Positions 56,001 to 64,000 of a stretch of 64,000 bases of DNA are shown piece after piece. The notes beneath the pieces are model-generated. The model saw only the letters and a list, made by a program, of their open reading frames with translations, searched no databases and had not been told where the DNA came from. The DNA is from Balanoglossus misakiensis (taxonomy: Eukaryota > Animalia > Hemichordata). A program made the translations under genes and the position numbers. The stretch's first letter is position 1. Each line of letters opens with the position of its first letter. The stretch spans positions 248,001-312,000 of the forward strand of contig CM082591.2 in assembly GCA_040954595.2 (NCBI GenBank). The letters run 5' to 3'.

Positions 56001-56502
56001 GACAGGCCTTTGCCAGTCGCAGTTTGCGTTTTACCCAGATGGTCTCCATTCTCAAACACTTTTCACGTGATAGGATTTGAATATAAAAATTCTGGACCTG
56101 TTTGAAAACCTTCGCTGCTATCTCTGTCAAATATTGTCAAAGTAACAAGTCACTAACCTTATTGAAGCCTACTTGTTCTTTAAATTCGATGAGGACTATG
56201 GCTTTGAAATGAAGCAACCACCACCACCTAAGTAGAAATCAATGATTCTTTATTAAGAAACCAAAAGTAATAAAGATCATACACAGGCCACTTATTTTCC
56301 AAATTATGAATAACCATTCCTATTTATACATATCTATAAACTTTTAAATGACCTCAATGCAAGCTAAATTTGAAAAAAATCTATAGATATCTTTAAAAAT
56401 TCTATACATGTCTCCAAAACGACAGGTGAAGTCTTACCAATGTATGAAAACAAAACTCTTTCTTTTGGACGTATGATGGAAGATTGTCTTGATCATTACA
56501 TG

Positions 56503-59500
56503 TTACAGATATTTTCCATATTTTACAGCATCTTGGGTTGCAGCCGGATCAACCCATGGTGTCCATACTCCGTTATGCTTTGCCGGATCTGCTGCCGGAT
56601 CCTCATCTGGATTCATTGCTTCAACAGCTGTGGCATTGTACATGTTGAGTTTGGACAACAAGATCTGAAGAACATCTACAAAATGAAATGATAATAACAG
56701 TCTCAAACATTGGTTTTTGTAAATACAGGACAATTTGCATTCTTGTCACAAGGAAATAAAAACTTCTTCACATTATACCAAGGCCAATTTACGATCAAAC
56801 CAGAGGCATTAATAACCCTTTCACCACCATGGTTTGGTCCAAATCAATTGTATTCTATGGTAAAGTTGGACCTCTATAAAGGGAAATGGGGGTGAAAGGG
56901 TTAATGAAATGAATTCTCACCTGGGTACTTATCAGCCAGGTTATTATATTCGCAAGGATCCAAACTGATATCAAATAAACATGGTTTCTCTGCAGGTTTG
57001 CAGTTGTCAGTAACATTCGCTGGCATCGGTCCACATTCCACTTTCAAAGGTGATGTCTGACTTGAATTTCTCCTCAACAAAAGTTTTTCTGTCAATGATA
57101 AAAACATGCATATAACATAAATATTAAATAGGACAGTCTGAGGTCGTGGTTGATGTCAGTAACAGGTCAGATGATATGGTGTAAATTATAAAGTTCAGGT
57201 TAAATATATGTCAGGTGTTTCAAAAATAGTAAGCCCATCCTGCCACATATTCTGTTTACCTTCAGTAATTTCATCTGGTTTATACCATCCATCATAGTGT
57301 CCACCAGCATCTTCTCCCATCACTATCTTATAACTGCCAACCCTCAACGCTGCTGTTTTAGACACTGGGTCGATGTTGTGGAGAATTTCAGTCCTTGGAG
57401 ATGGTACACCACTGTATAACAGAATCAATGAATTGTAATAATCATGGAAACTGGTAGCAATGTGAATCACATCATGAGTACAATTATGTGTGAAGATGGT
57501 CTGTAAGTCTATATGCCTTTACCTAGACAATGTATCCCAAAGGTTGAATCCATCCAAATTGCCCGGAAGATCTTTGACGTTCCCTCCAGCTGCATGATAC
57601 AATGTTGGTAGCCAATCACAAACATGTATCATTTCATTCGAAACATGCCCAGATACTTTCAATAACGGACTGTGAACGAACGCATTTCCTCTCACACCTC
57701 CTTCCCACAGAGTATGCTTGCAGCCACGTAACGGCCAATTAGATGCATCGTTGCCATCGTAGCCATTGGTTGGTCCTCCGTTGTCAGTGGTAACAATGAT
57801 GATGGAGTTGTTGTACATGTTGTTTGCTTGTAGAGCCTGGACCACATAACCTATGGAGTCATCCACAGCAGCAACCATACCTAGAAACCATGGAAAATAT
57901 TGATTAGCTATTAACAGTCACTTATTGAAATCCCAAAATGGTCTTCATTCCAGTATCCATTTTACAAGAGTCAAAGATGTCATAGCTGGCCTTCATAGAC
58001 ACATGGCCTTTATCGGTACGGACAAGTCAATTAATGCACATGTAAATTGCACAGGGAATGTCCTGTTAACAGAACAGGTTTGACTGCAGTAATTGTTTTT
58101 CATCATAGTGTATTTTGATTTTACTTTCTTACAGTTTTATCCCTGATTTGGATTTGGATGATGATTATAGAATAGAAATACTACTTTATGTCATAACTTA
58201 CCTGCCAGTAATTTCCTCTTCTCACTTTTGATTTTAGGAAATCTTTTGGTGTATGATTCAGGAGCTTGCAGTGGATAGATTGCATTCCCAGCATGCACTC
58301 CAAGATGAGCCAAGTATAGAAACAATGGCTATAAAAAAATGAATCAGAATCTCATTACTCTGAATGTAAAATATGTATCCATGGTGATATCTAATTTGTA
58401 TCTATACTGATATGCAAGATTCACATCCACAGTGATATATACGCTTTGTATACATGATTGTCACGAAATACTTGTATCCCTATTTTATATGAATCATGAA
58501 CTGTACTGTACAGACCTTTGTAGAGTTTGCTTTTTTTCCAATAGTCATCATTGCTTCCATGGTGAAGAGATCTGTGGCATATTGAGGATATGTACTGTAA
58601 TCTACAACTCCATTCCTTCTCATGTCATATCCCCAGTATTTTCCCTGTAAGTCATTTAGAGTAAAGGAGGGATTTATTGGCTATCTAAATTGAACTATCA
58701 TTTAGATATATAGTACTGAAACACATTACATATTCAATTTTTCATAAATAAAAATCTAAAACACTTTATTTCTATACATTGATATTCTCTAAACGTTTCT
58801 CCCACTCACATTCATAGAAATCATTTTGGGGAAATTTGGAATCTCTGAAAATACCATATTAAGCAATTCTGGGGTCTTGAAGACTAGAACAGCACCACCA
58901 GTGGTGGAAATCAATCAACTACTTTGTTTTTAATGCCAAAGAAACTTTGCCATCACTTCTTAAAGTACTATATATATTTCAATACAAAGTTGAACCTATA
59001 AAATGGGTAATTATATAGTCACACAATTCTATAAATGAATACATACCTCTCCAGCTAGCCTATCATAGTAATCTTCATGACCACAATAATAACCTAAATG
59101 AGATTCAAACCCACGATGTGTTGGTGTGTGTCCTTCCGTAAAGAAACCTAAATGCCACTGAGAAAATAGAAATACACAAAACTGTAATTGTGGGAATACA
59201 CACATTTATCAGTGACAAAATAAATCACAAATTATAATGAAAATAAGTATGTGTAAATATTTGGAGTTTCTCTGAAAATTGGATGCTTGACAAAATAGAA
59301 AGCAAACCAAAAAGATTTCTCACTTTTCCAATCATGTGTGTTGTATATCCCAGATTCTGTAAATACTGTGCCATTGTAGTTTCATTCAATCTTAATCCAT
59401 ACGGCTGTGATCCATAAATTACATCATGTTGTAAACCTGCATGGAAAAAAAATATGGTGACTTATTGGCTGTCCAGATAAACAACCATATTGCATTCATT

Positions 59501-60100
59501 CAACTGCAAGTTTTGGTAAAATGTCTATACAACTACTAATGTTTTTGATCCCTTGGATGTTTTTGACCTTACCCAGATGTATGGGATGTCGTCCTGTCAT
59601 CAAAGCAGCTCTGGTCGGTGTACAGATCGGCTGAACATAGTAATTGTTTAATATAACGCCACTGTAAGCCAAGGCATCTATGTTTGGAGTTGGAATCTGG
59701 TCAGAACCATGGAAACTCACATCATCCCAACCCTGGAATGCATGGAAAATAAAACATTTTTACTTTTGCTATTTTCAAGCTTTCAGAAATTTGTGCCCAG
59801 TAATATATATTCACTGGCTTCTAGAGAGTACCTTAGGATAAAAGTGTGAAATTGACGCAAACAAAAAATGTTTATTGCATAGCAGTTCATTCAAACAACA
59901 TAGTGAACAGTTACGATAGATGTCTTTTGAATTCAAAAGAATTCAAGAGTTTCAATTAAACCACTTACCCAATCATCTACCACAATCAAAATGATGTGAG
60001 GTTGCTTTTGTGGTTGGCTGCTCAATGAATTATCAACACCCAGTGAAATGATACAGACAAGTATTACCACTACACCTTTCAGGAGTACATGAGAATTCAT
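56503..60100 (-). CDS. Arylsulfatase B/I/J-like sulfatase, 10 coding exons, about 540 aa
   Basis: Exons: 59969-60100, 59573-59732, 59324-59436, 59047-59157, 58516-58644, 58202-58328, 57523-57880, 57260-57411, 56921-57088, 56503-56675 (1623 nt in frame). It has a signal peptide, [10 protein letters not shown], the formylglycine motif [40 protein letters not shown] and [15 protein letters not shown]. Confidence 0.95.
56816..56900. mobile_element. 85-bp piggyBac-like MITE in the last arylsulfatase intron
   Basis: TIRs CCCTTTCACCACCAT / ATGGGGGTGAAAGGG match at 14 of 15 positions. The right flank is TTAA and the left flank is ATAA (one change from TTAA). Confidence 0.75.
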
Positions 60101-60318
60101 TGTTTTTATCTGAAATCAAAACATGAATAACCAGCATTTTACCACTTACTGATAGCTCCTTTCCCCCAGTATAATCACATAAAATATCCTAGTTCATATA
60201 TGTTCAGGTCACCTCAAGGACACGTGGTTTAAAACCCTTTGGCATTATGGCATATCTTGTGGAAATCTCAACAACCTATGATGATAATAGTAGTGCTTCA
60301 AATTCTGCACATAGGGAT

Positions 60319-60550
60319 ATTGAATATAAGAACCAGGCACTTCCTTCCGAGCATTCAATTCTCATTCTTGACTCGTTTTACTCACAAAACTTGTCGTCTC
60401 CTGAGTGATATGTTATCCCTTAATAGCCCTGTACAAGTCTGTAGGCTGTACGCAGGGCCAATATTCACGCCCTGGTCATTGAATATAAGAACCAGGCACT
60501 TCCTTTCGGAATTCAATGTAATTTTCACTCTTAGCTTATTTTACTCACCT
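60319..60550. repeat. Degenerate direct duplication (period about 159 bp) upstream of the arylsulfatase CDS
   Basis: ATTGAATATAAGAACCAGGCACTTCCTT is identical at 60319-60346 and 60478-60505. Weaker similarity continues to TTTTACTCAC. Confidence 0.75.
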
Positions 60551-61518
60551 AATTCGTCTTCTGTATCAATTATTACGGAATTTAAATTATTTTCGGCACC
60601 CACGAGACATTCATGTGATATCCAGGTACTTAACCTTTGACCCAATTCAACAGCTGATTTCAACAGCGCCACCACACGCTCATAGTGTTAAATCGTTTGT
60701 TATAAATGAAATATAATTATATGTAAATATATGAGAAATAAGATATACGAGATAATACAGAGTTTGCATTGAATTTAATCAAATTAAACTTTATTGAATA
60801 AAAAACTGAGTCCTATACAAGAAAAACATCTCAAAGTGAGATGGTCGTTATATTTTAACTTTTATTTGTGAACAGTTCAATAAATGCATACACTTCAATA
60901 ATCGGTATAATAATAGGCTTACAGTACTGCTTAAACAAGTGTGTAAAAAACTTAATGTGCATCATTTATGGCTTAAATTTAATATAAAAAATAACTTCAA
61001 CTTCTTTACAAGATATTTTTTTTAAAACTTCGTCATCAAAATAAATAATACAGTGGGCTAAAATGTACTTGATCAGTAGTGGCTTGACCTTGTAAAAAAA
61101 TACATATTGTAGTCATTTTGAACAACTCTAAAATTGGGGTAAAACACCCTCTGTGGCAAGATGAAATACAATTTGATTCATTAAAACTGATGCCCAGATA
61201 TGTTATCAATATAGTTTTAAGTGACAAGATACTGTTTGAAATGAAATTTGGCATGACAAGTGCTGTGGTGATATTTGTTGAATTACAATATCTGTAAAAC
61301 CCATAACACGTAAAATATATTGTCATGAATATGGCACATACTGTGACCAAATGATCACAAAATACATGTAAAGGGAAAACTTGAGGTCACCATCAACTTC
61401 ACACAAAGGCAGATATCGACACAGCAGTGCCCTATTCTTCATTGGTGCTTCACATCACTTTCATTTTATTATTATTCTTTCTATTTCTCATCTATACAAC
61501 TTCCTCTCCCTCTGCTTC

Positions 61519-64000
61519 CTATCTCTTATTCTTTGACTGATATTTCCTCCAAGCATTCTGGATGACTTCAGCTGCTCGAACAGCCTTCCTGATCTTTGCA
61601 ACTCTTTCTTTCTGTTGTTTCACAGCATTCACATACGACTGTTCTCTTTCAGATTCATCCATTGCTTTGATCTTCGGCCGACTTGATTTCTTCACAACCG
61701 GTTCCTTTTCAGTGGTAACCTCCACATTCCCCTCTACTTTGTTGTCACTGCTATTAGCTTTGGTGTTCATCTTGGCACCCACATCGCTGTCGGGCGTAGT
61801 TCGGCCATCTTGGTTATAAAAACTTGAAGTCATATACATGGAGATGGGATCAGCTGCCAAGGATTCCATGGATGGACTGGCCAGTTTGAGAGATGAAGAT
61901 GCAAATGTGCTGATGTCATCACCAACACTAAAGTCCATGGTTGCGGTACCTGTATAGGAACAATCATAAAGGTTCAAATATAATTAAAGCTGCAAGCATT
62001 CTTAAACAAGCTGAGTGTGTATACATCAAAGTTGGACTTACTTCTCCGTGGCATCATGGGATGCATTCGTTTACTGACAGCTGGCGAAGATGCCTTGTCC
62101 AAGTACCTTGATAACTTCTCTTTCATGGTCAATGGGTTCGACTCTGCTGTCTGCAAACATGCAAAACATTATGATTATTATTTTGTCTAAAAATTCTTGT
62201 TGAAAACCAGTGAACAGCAAATGTATATTTTGTACCAGCATGGGAGACTGAAGGAATCATTCTTAAATAAATTTATATCAATTTTACATCATTACAGAAT
62301 AACTTCTTACCTTATCAACCGACCACTGCAATCTATTTGGCACTGGAGAGCTCCTAGGTCTGCCATAACTGGGAGAAGACACTCCACTCTGACTGGCTGA
62401 ATCTCCATAACCTGAGCTGTAATTGGACCACTTGGAACTGCTGAACCAATCAGATGGATCTTTACTTTGTGCTGTGGTTACAGAAGCCCTGTCGTCTAAC
62501 ATGGTAGTCATGGCAGAATCAAAAGTCTTTGATTGAAGGGAGAATTTTTGGGGATTAAAGGGATATTTTTCTTCATTTTGTGAGTATTCCACTGGGCTGT
62601 GAGTTTCAGCAAATTCTCCATTCTCATGCGGCACATTGTCTTTCTTATGTTTCTGTTTCTTTGACATCATCATCATCGGATTTCTCGCTGGTTTGTAGAG
62701 GAAAGAATCGTCAAAGCTCGTCTTTGCACTGTTTCCTGGTTTTTCAGGAGTCTCTTTTGATGTGAAAAGATTCCTTTGAACTGAAGTTTTGGAAGTTACA
62801 TTATTCTCTGGGTGACCTTCCTCAATATCCTCAACAGTGACACTTTCATCGTTCCCCACTGAAGTAGAATGATTTGAAATTGTTGGTCCAACTCCCTGTT
62901 TTGACACAGTTGTCATGGAAATCCCTGAATTTGATGCAATACTGCTTTTATGGTCAGATTTATCCCCTAATGATTTGTCCCTAGACAGTCCAACGTTGCT
63001 AGGTGTGTCTTCACTTGGTGACAGGCCTGACCAGTTATGATGTGTGGACCCAGAAGAACTTGACTTTGGTGTTGAATTCATCCAGCCATTCACTGCAGGG
63101 CTTGTCACGTCTCCTGACTTTGATAACAGACTTGAGTTTGCATTCCCGGAGTTTCCACTCGTATCTGAGTTTTCTTTGGAAGATGTGTTCCACCAGGAAG
63201 TTCCAGGTGAGCTCCATGAACTGTTTGCAGTTGATGGTCGACTTTGTCCATGCTTCTGTCTCTCTTCTTTGGCTTGTTTGAGTTTGTCTTGGAATTCAGC
63301 CAGTTTTTGTCTTGTTTGAGCTTCTTTAATTGACATGTGGTCACTCACTGCCTGTATTCTCTGTTGGTCTATCTTGTTTTGTAACTGAGGCACACACAAA
63401 AATAAATATCAAGTCAACAAAGTTTTATAAGTAATTTTACAGGCAAAAGAGACTGATGGAATTTCTGAGCAGAACAAACCATTCTACTCATTTTAATCCG
63501 TAGTTAAAACAGCGAACAATTTCAAAAACCCTGAAGATTGTACGGAAAAGAGATCCTATCTCACCTTCTCCTGTTTCTTTTCCTCTTTCTTCAAGATTTC
63601 CAGAACTTTCCGTGAATCCATCCTTCCATCTCTATACTGGTATTTTTCCATCAGCTGTTCCTTGTAGCTGACAGTCTCACCTTTTCCGGGACTATCATCA
63701 TTTTCCTTGTTTGGTCCATTATTGGTTTCATCAGCCATCAGCATTTTTTGATGATGCTCGAACAGAACCAACTGTTCTTTTACAAACTGAAGTCTTCTCT
63801 CATATTTTCCCTGGTGGAATGAAGATATATCACATTTTATTTCTTTTTTTTCATCACCCAAATTTAGCAGACTTTAAGATTTTGTAAACAGTTTACCATT
63901 ACTGGCTGTCCTGTACATACCTGCCTGTTCCTGAGCTGATTGAGGACTTTTTTCTCGTTTACTATAGTTTCTGTGTCTTCTCTTGCACGTTTCAATTGTA
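61519..64000 (-). CDS. 3' portion of an unidentified coiled-coil / Ser-rich protein with a C-terminal IQ (calmodulin-binding) motif; 5' end is outside the window
   Basis: Frame-consistent exons: 63921->64000, 63565-63810, 62311-63384, 62042-62150, 61519-61949. The C-terminus is AAEVIQNAWRKYQSKNKR. Confidence 0.8.

Noticed and set aside
47100-56400. Short ORFs between FAM124 and the arylsulfatase
   Set aside because: I found no recognisable protein or transposase/RT motifs by eye. A diverged gene or lncRNA cannot be excluded without RNA-seq.
57980-58086. Possible Tc1/mariner-type MITE end (ACAGGTTTGACTG)
   Set aside because: Only one putative terminus is visible, with no matching left TIR or TSD.
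58516-58644. Suspected frameshift in arylsulfatase exon 5 around the A-run
   Set aside because: A recount gives 129 nt, open and in frame ([28 protein letters not shown]...ANSTK).

Overview
This is AT-rich eukaryotic DNA with spliceosomal GT-AG introns. The gene content suggests an invertebrate deuterostome (hemichordate- or echinoderm-like), which is inference only. There is no CRISPR array, rRNA, clear tRNA or prokaryotic system. I assembled nine protein-coding genes by hand with frame-consistent splice junctions: cathepsin D (-, 9 exons), PPP1R15/GADD34-CReP (+, head-to-head with cathepsin D), an MS4A/CD20-like tetraspan protein (-), an intronless histamine H3/H4-like GPCR (-), a secreted Frizzled-CRD-only protein (+), a signal peptide-TM-ZU5-UPA-death domain receptor (-), FAM124 (+), an arylsulfatase B/I/J-like gene (-, 10 exons), and the 3' part of a coiled-coil/IQ-motif gene (-). 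The non-coding highlights are: a TSD-flanked 285-bp insertion carrying a minimal Penelope-type hammerhead ribozyme; a 5.2-kb five-unit tandem array with nested quasi-palindromes and a hairpin-dense core with Pol III A/B-box-like motifs; an 82-codon ORF in frame with PPP1R15 and separated from it by a single TGA; and three MITE types (9-bp-TSD fold-back, Kolobok-like, piggyBac-like). All calls come from reading the sequence; no database searches were run.
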